This document shows, in pieces, positions 9,128-20,800 of a stretch of 52,875 nucleotides of DNA. Source of the DNA: a virus (lineage: Duplodnaviria > Caudoviricetes); the IMG/VR virus record IMGVR_UViG_3300038393_001048, positions 1 to 52,875 of that record; one strand, written 5' to 3'. Each line of letters begins with the position of its first letter. Position 1 is the first letter of the stretch. The notes under the pieces are model-generated. The model did not search any database. It was not told where the DNA came from and saw only the letters and a list, made by a program, of their open reading frames with translations. The translations under genes and the position numbers were made by a program.

Positions 9128-9382
9128 ATGCCAGAACAAGCCCCCGTGGCGAAGCCACTCTCTGAAGACGACTATTGCCTCATCATCGGCAAAGTCTACC
9201 TTGATGCATACCTCCGTATCCAATCCCTCGAAAAGCAACTGGGCCCTATGCATGCGAGCTTCCGTTCGCAGGTAGAGACGCTCCGTAACCAGGTCACCAA
9301 GTACGAGGACGCCCTCAGAGAGAAGGACGCGGAGATCGCGTCCCTCAAGAAGGAGGGCTCCACTGGAGACATGGGAACTTGA
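9128..9382 (+). CDS. Small coiled-coil hypothetical protein
   Basis: 84 aa with a heptad-like C-terminus (LRNQVTKYEDALREKDAEIASLKK). Confidence 0.6.
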   Translation: MPEQAPVAKPLSEDDYCLIIGKVYLDAYLRIQSLEKQLGPMHASFRSQVETLRNQVTKYEDALREKDAEIASLKKEGSTGDMGT

Positions 9383-10427
9383 ACTACACGCACACAGGAT
9401 CGTGTCTGGTCGGACGCGATGTAAGGTAGGTAACGACCGCTATCTTGTCGGCTCCCCCTCGCGTGAAACGAGATATGATGCCAGCGAGATCTATCGAGAT
9501 GTCTGGCAGGAGGCCCACCTTGAAGGGGTCATGACGGACACCGACTTGCTCGTCCTCCTCCAGGAGCGTAAGCTCTGGACTCCCGAGATGCAGGCCGAGT
9601 TCGACCTCTTGAGGGAGAAGATCGAGGACATGAAGATCGGTCTCCTCGACACGTGGAGTCGGAGCAACGCCCAGTTGGCCATCCGCAATGCGTTGGCGAA
9701 GGGTAAGGACGAGATCGAGAGGCTCCTGAGCATTCGCCACTGCCTCGACCACATCACCTGTGAGGGGATCGCATCGGCGGCACGAGCCCGATACCTGACC
9801 GGCTATTCCCTGCTCCGTCCGGACGGGAGCCAATACTGGGATAGCCCGGCCGACTGGAATCGACCGGACGCCGTCCTCGACGACGTCATCGAATACCTGG
9901 TCAAGACCAGGTTGAATGAAGCCCAACTCCGCGAGATCGCCAGGAAGGACCCCTGGCACTCGATGTGGGCGTCCAGGAAGTTCGTAGGGAAGGGGCTCTT
10001 CGACGTCCCCGCAGTCGACCTCACCGATGATCAGCGTTACCTCATGATGTGGTCATCAATCTATGATTCGGTGCGTGAAAGTAGCGAGGCACCCAACGAT
10101 TCGGTACTGGAGGATGATGACATGCTCGACGGATGGCTCTTGAAGCAGAAGCGGGCCCGCGAGGCCCACATCGCAAACGTCGCGGCCGAGAAGATCGGCA
10201 ACGAGAAGATCAGGAACGCTGACGAAGTCTACGTTCCCGCAGAGACGGCCGAGGATGCCGCGAAGATTGCCAAGCTTAACGACATGCAGGCCAGCACGAT
10301 CAAGGCTCAGCGGCTCGCCCACCTGAAGAAGATGGGTAAGGCCAACGAGATGGAAATGCCAGACACCTGGCAACGCTTCCAAATGGAGGTCGCCAAACAG
10401 CAATCGGAGGCGATCAGGCAACGTTAA
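9363..10427 (+). CDS. Helical hypothetical protein in the tail-assembly region (ORF-track start GTG 9402; CTG 9363 proposed)
   Basis: Long ORF with good codon bias. A perfect AAGGAGG at 9350-9356 sits 6 nt before an in-frame CTG at 9363. Confidence 0.6.
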   Translation: METWELELHAHRIVSGRTRCKVGNDRYLVGSPSRETRYDASEIYRDVWQEAHLEGVMTDTDLLVLLQERKLWTPEMQAEFDLLREKIEDMKIGLLDTWSRSNAQLAIRNALAKGKDEIERLLSIRHCLDHITCEGIASAARARYLTGYSLLRPDGSQYWDSPADWNRPDAVLDDVIEYLVKTRLNEAQLREIARKDPWHSMWASRKFVGKGLFDVPAVDLTDDQRYLMMWSSIYDSVRESSEAPNDSVLEDDDMLDGWLLKQKRAREAHIANVAAEKIGNEKIRNADEVYVPAETAEDAAKIAKLNDMQASTIKAQRLAHLKKMGKANEMEMPDTWQRFQMEVAKQQSEAIRQR

Positions 10428-10437
10428 GGAGGAAAGA

Positions 10438-10812
10438 GTGGAAGACAGTACGAACAAGCTGCGTAGGATCACGCAACAGCGAGAAGCGGACAGACAAGAG
10501 GCAGCGAAACGCTACGCTCAGCAGAGCCGCGAACGCCTCCGCAAGAACATGGAGACCAAGATCCGGACCACGATGATCGGATCGCTTGCTCTCGTCGAGC
10601 AAAAATTCTCGTCTTTGTGGGGGCAGGGAAAGCCAAGGAATCAACTCACCGACGCCGAGTTAGCGTGGGAGACCATCAAGGATGAACTGAGGACGGAAAT
10701 CCTCAACAACGGCAATAACCAGTTGAGAGCGGCAATCGCCGAGATCAACCAATACGACGTCACCTGGAACAGGTTTCAATACGAGATAACGGAAGGACAT
10801 GAGAATGAGTAA
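10438..10812 (+). CDS. Hypothetical helical protein, possibly a tail assembly chaperone
   Basis: AAGGAGG RBS and GTG start; lies between the tube and TMP genes. Confidence 0.55.
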   Translation: MEDSTNKLRRITQQREADRQEAAKRYAQQSRERLRKNMETKIRTTMIGSLALVEQKFSSLWGQGKPRNQLTDAELAWETIKDELRTEILNNGNNQLRAAIAEINQYDVTWNRFQYEITEGHENE

Positions 10813-11776
10813 GGCTCTCAAAGAAGTCATCAAGGTCAAGATCAACGATGAGGACGGGAACGAGGTCGAGACGGCCCTAGCCATCAAGCCCCCCAGTGCC
10901 CAAGTCAAGCAGCAGGCACGACTGATCCACGCAAAGGCGTACCGCGAAGCGGTCGAGGCCGGTGCGATGCTCCGAGAGCAGTTGGACACCCAGCTTCGCA
11001 AGTCCGACCTCTGGGATGACCAGCGTCAGGCCGAGTTCGACAAGCTTCGCACGGCCATCTTGGAAGGCGAGCGTAAGCTCGCTAAGAAGGGCATCAAACT
11101 CAAGGAAGCCCGCCAGATCGCCATCGATATCTCCAAGCATCGCAATGACTTGCAAGACTTGCTTTCTCAGCGAAACCGTATCGACGTGAATACCGCCGAC
11201 GCCATCGCTGATCAGGCCCAGTTCAACTTCTTCGTAGCCGCTTGCACGGTGTATAATGATGGTAAGCGGGAGAATAAGCCCTTCTTCACGAAGGACGGCG
11301 AACATCCCAGCATCGACGCATACATCGACCAGAGCACCGAGGAAGTGGGCATCTCAGCGGCTACGAAGCTAGGCGAGATGATGTATGGCAGTGAGAAGGA
11401 GATGCTGGCGAAGCTCCCCGAGAACCAATTCCTCACCAAGTACAAGTTCGTGGATGGCGATTTCCACTTAATCAACGAGAATGGAGATCGGGTCGACGAA
11501 CACGGGCGACGGGTCGACAAGGACGGCCGATACGTCAACGAGAAGGGTGAGTACGTCGACTCTGACGGAAACCTCGTCGACAAGGACGGCCGCTACATCG
11601 AATCGGAGAACGACTTCTTCCTCGACGATGATGGTAACCCCATCAAGGACGAGCAGGAGAAGCCCCTCCCTGCTCCGGAACCGAAGGTTCCTGAGGAGCC
11701 GAAGGCTCCCTCTAAGCCAGAACGACCAAAGACGGTTGAGGTTGACCTAGCTAAAGGTGCAGTAGTCAAAGAGTGA
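10805..11776 (+). CDS. Putative tail assembly chaperone with 7-aa [D/N]xxGxxV repeats
   Basis: Immediately upstream of the TMP. Helical N-terminal part, then NENGDRVDEHGRRVDKDGRYVNEKGEYVDSDGNLVDKDGRY, then a Pro/Glu/Lys tail. Confidence 0.55.
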   Translation: MSKALKEVIKVKINDEDGNEVETALAIKPPSAQVKQQARLIHAKAYREAVEAGAMLREQLDTQLRKSDLWDDQRQAEFDKLRTAILEGERKLAKKGIKLKEARQIAIDISKHRNDLQDLLSQRNRIDVNTADAIADQAQFNFFVAACTVYNDGKRENKPFFTKDGEHPSIDAYIDQSTEEVGISAATKLGEMMYGSEKEMLAKLPENQFLTKYKFVDGDFHLINENGDRVDEHGRRVDKDGRYVNEKGEYVDSDGNLVDKDGRYIESENDFFLDDDGNPIKDEQEKPLPAPEPKVPEEPKAPSKPERPKTVEVDLAKGAVVKE

Positions 11777-11869
11777 GTCGGCGTAGCCGACGAACGTGGA
11801 TAGTGTGGCCATCCGGAGAGTACGTCGTTCAAATCGAACGTCATACTTTTCGTATGGCCACTTTTCTTT
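11777..11869 (+). terminator. Small hairpin plus long imperfect hairpin with U-tract upstream of the TMP
   Basis: GTCGGC-GTA-GCCGAC (11777-11791). Long stem 11805-11861 (GTGGCCAT.CGGAGAGTA...CGTTC/GAACG...TACTTTTCG.ATGGCCAC) followed by TTTTCTTT. Confidence 0.6.
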
Positions 11870-11881
11870 GGGGATGAACAC

Positions 11882-14800
11882 ATGGCTAATAGTTTCAACG
11901 TGACGATGATGTTGAACGTCCAGGGACCGAACAACCTTCGGCCCGTGGTGTCGGCACTTCAGAACCAACTCAAGAACGTTAAGGGTACGATCAACTTCCA
12001 GGTGTCGCCAACGACCAACCGGAACGTTGCCGCCCTCTCGTCGAATTTGAATGCCCTCAACGTCTCCCTCAAGGTAAGCCAGGGAGCAGCGGTGGCCACT
12101 GGCCAAGCGATCCAGGGCGTTGCCAACAACGTCGCCAAGGCTAGTGCCGGTGTTTCCTCCTTCGGCCAGAACATTGGTTTGGCCACTCGCCGCTTCCTCG
12201 CCTTCCAGATCGGTGCCGTGCTCGCGGTGAGCAAGGTCACGGATGCCATCAGGGATGGTGTCAATGAGGCCCTCCTCTTCCAGAAGACCCTCATCAACCT
12301 CTCCCAGGTCGGCACGAGTGCGAAGGGCATCACGGAGATAGCCGACTCGATCACGAGCCTCAGTAAGAACTTGGGGGTGTCCTCGAAGGGGCTTGCTGAA
12401 GTCTCCGTCACCTTGAAGCAGGCGGGTTTGTCGGCCGGTGAAGTTACGGTGGCTCTTGAGGCACTCGCCAAGACGAGCCTCGCTCCTACCTTCCGCGACA
12501 TCAACAAGACGACTGAAGGTCTCATCGCTATGAGGCAGCAGTTCGGCATCACATCGAAGGACTTCGAGCGGACGCTCGGTGCCATCAATACGGTGTCGGC
12601 CGCATTCGCCGTCGAATCTGAAGACCTTGTTGAGGCCGTCCGTCGCTCGGGTGCCGCCTTCAAGGCCGCATCTAGCGACATGCAGGGGTCGGAACAGACC
12701 TTCAACCAGTTCATCTCCCTCGTCTCGGCCGTCCGATCGACGACGCGAGAATCGGCCTCGGAAATCGGTACGGGTCTCCGAACCATCTTCGCCCGCTTGC
12801 AGAGCGGTCGCGTAGCTGAGAATCTGAAGGCACTCGGCATCGAGCTTCGCTATACGGGTGAGGAAGCAGCCCTCGCCGGTAAGCAAATTGAGGGTCAATT
12901 CGTCGGTGCGTGGGAGGCTGTCAGCCGCCTGAGTGCCGCCCTCAAGAATGTGCCCACGACTGATCCACGCTTCGCGGCGATCGTCGAGCAGGTGGGTGGC
13001 TTCCGCCAGATCTCCCGTGTGATCCCACTTATCCAACAGTTTGGACAGGCCCAAAAGGCTTACTCCATCGCTCAGGGCGGTGCCAACTCCCTGACGCTCG
13101 ACGCAGGCAAAGCCCAAGGAATCTTCCTGGTGCAGTTGACGAAGGTACGTGAAGAGTTCATGGACCTGATCCGCACCATCGGCAACAATAAGACGCTACA
13201 AACATTCGGAGCACTCTCGCTCGACTTGGCATCGAGCCTCATCAAGTTGACGAAGGCTCTTGAACCACTCGTGCCACTGCTCACTCTGTTTGCGGCCGTC
13301 AAGTTGGGCGGGACACTCAAGAGCGTAGCTAGTAACATCGGCACATTTGCTGGTAACGTAGGTCGTGGCCTTCAGGGACACGCCGCCGTTCGCCGTGCGT
13401 CCGGTGGCCCAGTACCGGGCAGCGGCTTCGGGGACAAGGTCCCCGCGATGCTGGAGCCTGGCGAATTCGTCATCAACAGGAAGTCGGCCGCTTCGATCGG
13501 CTATAACAGGTTGGGCGAGTGGAATCGGACGGGTATCGCGAAGATGGCTCGGGGTGGCCGTGTTACGGGCAGCCTCGCCCAGATCGCCGCCGCGATGTTC
13601 CCCGAAGTCAAGAATAAGAGGAAGAGGTTTGCCGCTCTCCAGTCCGAAATGGGTATGGGCAAGCTATCCGCCAGCAGCAAGCTGGGTGGCAAGGATGATG
13701 AAGCTATCTACAACAAGTTGGTTGAGGTCGCCAATGCGAGGGGCTTCGACCTCTCCGCTGTGACACCCGCCGCAACCGGACGGGCTGGGTCGAAAGTACG
13801 TAAAGCGAATGTGGCCAAGATCGCAGAAAGGTCCACTGAGACGGGGGCTGTAGGTGACTATCTCAGAGAGATCGCCGAGGCTAACTCGGGCGATAGGCTT
13901 GATCAGATTCAGAAGGATGCCGCGAAGGTATTCAACCCAAATAACTTCGGAGGCACAGGACGGTTATCCAAGAAGGCGGCTGCTGACACTCTGAAGCAGA
14001 TTCGAACCGCCGCTGAGGAGCGATACAAGGCTGTGGCCGAAATGGTCAAGGCTGAGTTGACCAGCTCAAGCGGAGTCTTGAGCCCGAAGCAGGAGATTGA
14101 TCCCAAGACATTAAAGGATGCTGATGTCTTCAATCGGAACGACTATATTAACGAGATGAGGGGGCGTGGACGCGACGTCAACCCCTCTCAGTTGTCCGTG
14201 CCCAGTGGTATCGATGAGGATGCGGTCCTACCAGTCAGGAAGAAGCAAGTAGATATTGCCGACCCTTACAGGGTCGCTAATGCGGCTACGCCCGTCACCA
14301 CGAGAGTCGGCATCTCGCGAGTGCGTAGGGGTGCGTCTGCTGAATCTCCGAGCATTGAATTGCTGACTCCGTCCCTAGCGGCAAGAAGGGCTGCTCGCGG
14401 AGGCGGGCCAACCCCTCCTACCTTCAACACGGCCTCAGTCCCACTACCGGAGCCGCCAGCCGACTTCTCTCGCATCCTCGGCCTCATACGTGGGGTTTCC
14501 GAGCAGAAGGGTAGCTTGCTAGGTAGTGTTGTGGGTCAAGCTCAAGGTAATGACCCGCTCTCACGTCTCATGGGTCAGATACAGACCCTCGCAAGTGCCA
14601 CTAGGGAGAATACCAAGGAAACGAAGAAGGAGACTGTTGCTCGGACACGAGGTAGCAAGCTCTCGAAGGCTGAAAAGGCTGCGATTTTGGGGGTGCCCGC
14701 AGAACGACCGGATCTCTCACGAATCCTCGGCCAGGTTCGTGTCATCGGAAGCCATCCAAACCAGGCCCCCGTTGACCCGTCGACCTTCTTTCCTAAGCGA

Positions 14801-17800
14801 TCGGGGACCCCCGGAGGATTCATTAACTTCGCGGATAGGACGCCTGGAAGTAAGCTCTCAAAGGCTGAGAAAGATGCTATCATCAAGAGAAGTCGGCGAC
14901 GTATAGGTGACCCGGTTGTGCCGCCCGATCTAGGGGGGTACGTGCCCGATCTACCTGCTGGCGTCCCTTGGCTCTACGATATGGGGGCTGTAGGAACCGC
15001 ACAGCGTGGAGACCCCGCCTTCTTTACTGGTACTGTACGCCCGCCTGGCGGTACTGGCCTTCCAGTCGGCTTACAAGCTAAGCGTCGACAGGCCAGCACG
15101 TTTGGAAAGGTTGTTCCTTCTGGCGGTTCGCCGTACGCAATCGAACAAACGAATCAGGAATACTTTAGGGATCTTCAACGCCGATTCGAGGCCGAGAGGC
15201 TGATCAAGAGCCAGCGTGATTCCGTCGAGTATCCCTTCTTCAATGTGGGTGACGCACCCGATATTTCCGGATTGAGGAGAGGGGACTTCGAGAGGACCCC
15301 TCGCGACTTCCACAAGGTCCCAGGCAGCTACAATAATAGGATTGAAGCTAGGGCCCAGCGTGCCGCTCGTCGTAACCCAACAGCGAGTCACGAAGCCCTC
15401 TACAACTTCTTCCGTCAGGAAGGCCGTAATGATCTTCTCAAGAATGTCAATCGCCGCGTTCGCGGCAACGTTGATATTGGTGATGAGGCCGAGGACTTCC
15501 TGAGGAGTGCCGCTGCCAATAGGGCTCAGGACGCCATTGATAAGGGCGAACGTGTCTACTTCAACAGGCAGGGTGGTGTGCGGAGTGTGGGCCAGAGCCC
15601 GACTCGCCGCTTCTTCAGCCGAGTTGGAGCCGTCCTCAATCGCCCTCTAGGTTCGAACAAGCTAACGCCTGCCGGTCAGTTCGCCCCATTCACGGCTGTC
15701 AATCCGGCGAACCAGTTCTCCGCATTCGGGGTTGGCGGTGCCGCACGAGCGGAGAGCAGGATGTCCCGCTTCCGCAGTGGTCTCGGACGTTTCGGTTCGG
15801 GTATCGCTCAGAACGGCTTCCTAGCAGCCGCCTTTGTTCCTGGCCTTCTCCAGGCGGGTTTCGGTACGGTGGATCAACCCAAAGGTTCCCGCAACGCCGC
15901 TCGCCTTGCCCAAGGGGCTTCCGGTGCCATCACTGGAGCCGCCCTTGCCGGTCAGGCCGGATTCCTTGCTGGTGGCCCAATGGGAGCCGCCATCGGTGCC
16001 GTCGCTGGTGGCCTCATTGGTCTCTATACCTCACTACGTGACGCCCAGAATCGGATTGACGAGCTTGACTTTGAGAAGTCCTTCCGTCCATTCCAGAGCT
16101 TCCTTACGGATGTCGCCAACGGCCACACCCGCCTAGATGCTGCTGGTCGTGGGCGATTGGAAGGGGGTCTTGCTACTGCTGCTAGTGAGGCAAGGAGGCG
16201 AGTCGCTGTTGCTGGTAATGGCGGCACATACTTGGATAGGATTGGCGATTTTCTCGGCAATGGCAGCTTTGGACAGACCATCAAAGGCACAGGTGCCGCC
16301 GCCGCTTCCGTCACGGGACTCAGTACCATCAATCAGTTGCCCAAGCTGCTCGGCTTCGAGAAGACGATCACGGGCAACTTCACGTCGACCACGCGAGAGC
16401 GAAGGGCTGAGGCGGCTCGTCAGGCTGCCGAGGAGAGGATCAAGATCCTCACGCCTGAATTGCCCGCTCTCCAACAGATCGGCGAACAGATCGCCAAGGG
16501 CGTCAAGCTCAGCCCTCAGGACGTCTCTGTTGGTGCGGGCACAACTCAGCAGGATCTTGACGCCCGACGTCGAGGCCGTATCGAGTCCTTCAATAGGGCG
16601 GGCGGCGATTCGATCGCTCAAACGATTGCAGAAGTCAATAGGCTACCGATCAATCAGGTCTACGAACAGTTCGATCAGTTGATTGTGTCTGCGAATCGCC
16701 TGCGTCACACTCAGGAGAAGTCGGCTGAAGCCATCACGCAGATGAACGTGCAAGTTCACACGTTCGGCCATCTAACCGAAGCTTTCGGTGAGGCATCGGC
16801 AAGTTTGCATACGTTGGAGGCAAGTGCCGATCAGATCTCTTCTATCTTCGAGGGAAACATCGCGACGTCGAGGGTAAGCGGGTTTGCGGCTGGTGCTGGA
16901 CAGATCGGCGGTCTCGACAGAACCGCCTTCCAGCGAAGCCTCCAGTTCACCCAGGCGAACACGGGCGGGCCCGTCTCGGCCGACTTCGCCCGAGTCCTTA
17001 ACCAGGTCGATACGACCATGAGGGACCTGCCCTCGCTTCTTGCGGGAACGACTTTCGACTTCACGAACGCGGACAGCGTCCAGGCGACGGTCGACAAGCT
17101 GCTCACCAACAACCTGAAGCTGGATAAGAGTGTCGCTGGCCCACTGAGTGCTTCCTTTGCCGGTACGGAACCGGAGAAGCTCTTCAAGGGATTGCAGAGC
17201 AACCCTCAGAAGCTTGTCAAAGATTTGATCGAAGAGACATTCGGACACCTGAAGAAAGAGATTGAAGACCAGACGAGGCAGTTGGAGGATCACTTCAACA
17301 AGTTCTCCCAAGGTCTTACAGCCTACTCTCAGAAGGTGCTCAACGCGGGCGACGACCTCGACAAGGTGAGCACGCTTCGCCTATCGGCCCAGCGTGCCTC
17401 TGCCGAACTACAAGGAGCACGACAAGGACGAAGCCCAGGAGGCTTCCTGTCCCTGGACGCCCTACGTCGTCCGTTCGCCGACAGGCAAGCAAGGTTGGCG
17501 GGCACGGCGGCTGGCAATCCCGAGGAAATCGGCCGTCGACTTCAAGATGCCATCAGTCGTCGTGGTGCCCTTCAGAGAGAACTAGACTCGCCCTCACTGG
17601 AACGTGGGGATCGGGCTCGCGTGCAGGAGTCCTTCCAGGGAGTCGCCCTTGAAATTACCAAGTTCCAGCAAGCCCTCCACCACCTGGTCGACGCTTCCGA
17701 GGAATCGGCGGCGATCCAGGAGAAGTTGAGCGACATCGAGAAGCAGCGAAGCGGACAACTCTCCTTCACGGAGAAGTTGCTCACTTCCAGCCCGAAGGAA

Positions 17801-20800
17801 CTCTTCGAGATCCAGAAGGCTTCCGCCCTCAGTGATGTGGCGGTCAAGCAGGGTAACTTCCAGGGCTTCCTCCCGAACCAGATTCGGGAAGTTCTCGATT
17901 ATCTGACCAGCCTTCAGGATGTGAAGTTGCCTGGATATGCTAATAGGACTGGCGGCGAGGTTGCCAACAACCTACTCAATCCGAGCAACCGGGCGATCTT
18001 CGGTCGCCAGGCGACCGGATTGGAGCAGGGAAGGGACGACCTTCTCAAGCAACAAGTGAAGGTGGCGGAACGATCCGTACAGGCCCAAGAGGTTCTGGCC
18101 AAGAGTCAGCAGACCCTTGCTACCGAGTTCCTCGCGAACCTGAAGGAGACCAACGCCCAGTTCTTCACGAAGCTCGACCAGTTGATCGCAACGGCTCGTG
18201 CCAGCGACCTGAGGGCAGCCGAGGACCGCTCGAAGGCCGCTCAGGGCAAGGTACAATCCCAGGTCAACTCTATCGGCAGCATCGAGGCTCTACCGGGCAT
18301 CGGCCAAGGTAACTTCGGCAAGGTCCGACAGATCCTCAATGCACCCGAGTTCAATGCCTTCAGGGCTGCTGGTATCAGGCAGGATGAACTTGCTAGGACG
18401 AACCAGAGTCTCTTCGGCAAGGGCCAACTCGCACAGGAGGCCCGTGGCCAGGTCTTCTTGGGACAGCGATTCTCCCCCGTCCAGGCCCACGGTTTCGACC
18501 CAGGCATTGAGGGGCGTATCGAAGGTCAGCTACAGGCGGCTACCAGTGAGATCATCAGGAGAACCGGCTTCACCCGCAATCAGGTGGAGCAGGAAGTCAT
18601 CCCTGATGTCCTCGGCAAGCTCAGCGACTACCAGGCCAAGCCCGAGTTCTCGCGGGGCACCTTCGACATCAATCAGGAGATCGTCAAGAGCATCAGTTCG
18701 GTCCTCACGAAGGCCCAGCAGACCGCTCTCGACGAGACGAATGCCGCCCGCAACGCTGTGACAACGGGTGTGTTGGGCTCCGAGCCCGCACGACCGGGCG
18801 AATTCCATCAGTTGATGTCGGCAGTTGCCCGCGAACAGCCCCTCATCGCCGGTAAGATCGGCAATGGGCTCAACGAGGTAGGCGACCCCGCCGATCTCGT
18901 GGCCACACTGAAGCGGCTCACGGAGGCTACCGAGGTACTCACGAAGCAGAGGCAGAATGCAGAGGAGCGGGCCCAGTTCAAGGCCAATGGTGGCGTAGCA
19001 TTCGCCCCACGCGGCACCGACACCGTTCCGGCTATGCTCTCGCCCGGCGAGTTCGTGGTCAACGCATCGGCAACCCGTGCGAACCTTTCCCTGCTCCAAT
19101 CCATCAACTCCGCTCGTGGACCACTCTATCGTGCGGCTGGTGGATATATCCAGACTCCGGAAGAGCGTAAGAAGATGCTGGCCGAGATGGAGGCCGAGAG
19201 CCTTCAGAAGGTCGACACCATCTTCGCAAGCAACACGACCAATGCGGGCGACCTGAGGAAGCTTGTCCAGCAGGGCCAGGAGACATTCCAGCAGGAATAT
19301 CTCAAGCCCAACGAGCAGGGCAATCGTCGTCTCCTCGCCCTCAAACGGCTCCAGGGTGAGGTATCTGGCTTCAAGGATGAAGACCAGTTGAACTCGGGAG
19401 CCGGTGTCCTCTACAACAAGTTGCTATCTGCCGACTCCAACGCACCCGAGTCGACCCAATTGAGCACGGCGTACAGCCCGCTCACTGCGATTGATAGATT
19501 TGCTGACAAGACGCTGAATGTGTTGGGCTTAGATGCTGGTGCCATGCAGCGGAACTCGCCGAGAGGCATTCTCACTGCTAACCAGATCGCCAATCCAGCA
19601 ACAGATGAAGAAGTATCTATCAGGGAAGAACAGAAGCGGCGACGTCGTCTCTCCGACCCTGAGAAGCAAGCCCTCAACATCAACGAGACTCCGCTTGGGC
19701 TCGGTCTCGATCCGAAGTATGCAGTAAGCCAGATCTCGGCCCCCTTTGTGGCTGCCAATCGGGCGATGCTTGCTCCGGTCGAAGCTGGTGTGGCTGGCCT
19801 CCAACAGAAGGTCAGTGCGGCACAGGCAGAGGGTGCGGCTTTCGCCGCATCGCCAGCGGCGGCACAGGCAGCTACGGCCAAAGGTCAAGTTGACGCACTC
19901 CTCAAGGCTCGTGCCGACAGGACCAGTCAACTGCAAGCGGATACGGCTCAACGGCAGGCGGCTAATGCGGCTGCCGAGCAGGCGAGGGCGGCGATCGAAG
20001 CAAGGACGGCCGAATCGAGGAAGCGACGGCTTAACCCCGCTGCTGCCCCTGTCGCGGCTGCCCCTGCTCCGAATCCGGCGTTGGCGGGCCTCCCAGCCGC
20101 CTTGGCGAACAATCCGAAGATCTCCGATGATGTGAAGCTTCGCATCGTTGCTCAGGAGAATGCAAGGAAGGGCAGGCGAGTAGCCGATCAGGCCAAACTT
20201 GCAGACTTCAACAAGCGAAGGGCGGAACAACAGGAACTCTTCAATGCTGACCTACTTCGTAGAGGTATCGATACGAGACCCGTCATCGGAGGAAGAGAGC
20301 CAGAAGCCCCGAAGATCAGCAAATCGCGATCACGTTACTATGACAAGGTCGCGAGTGCTACGCAGGATGTCAACAAGCAGGGTAGCGGGTTCACCAAGCG
20401 ACAGATCCTCAATGCTGCTCGTGCCCGTGCGAAACTGACGGCCGATTTGGGGGACAAGGGGCTGGCCCCAGAGGCACAAGAGAGGAATAAGAACCTCCTC
20501 TTGGAGTTGAAGGCCAGCAAGATCGGGCCACATATTGACTCTCTCAACTTTGCGAGGGAAAGGAAAGGGCAGGGTGCGATTGGTGCGACAGCAGCACAGC
20601 GAAAGCGTGTTGCGGACGCCTACCAAGAGAACCAGAAGGCTCTAAGACAGAAGGCAAGGAAGGACCGTCGCCAGAAGCCCTTCCACTTCGCAGAAGGCGG
20701 ATTGGTCCCAGCGATGCTCACCCCAGGTGAATTCGTGGTCAACGGGGCATCGGCGAGGGCTAATGGCCCGCTCCTCAACTCCATCAACTCGGGTCGCTCT

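Noticed and set aside
11777-11881. tRNA or known ncRNA in the structured intergenic gaps (also 7830-7953)
   Set aside because: No cloverleaf with correctly placed T-loop and acceptor stem; better explained as cis-acting hairpins.
11747-13117. 456-aa minus-strand ORF opposite the TMP
   Set aside because: Antisense shadow of a codon-biased gene; no motifs or RBS, and it runs against the operon.
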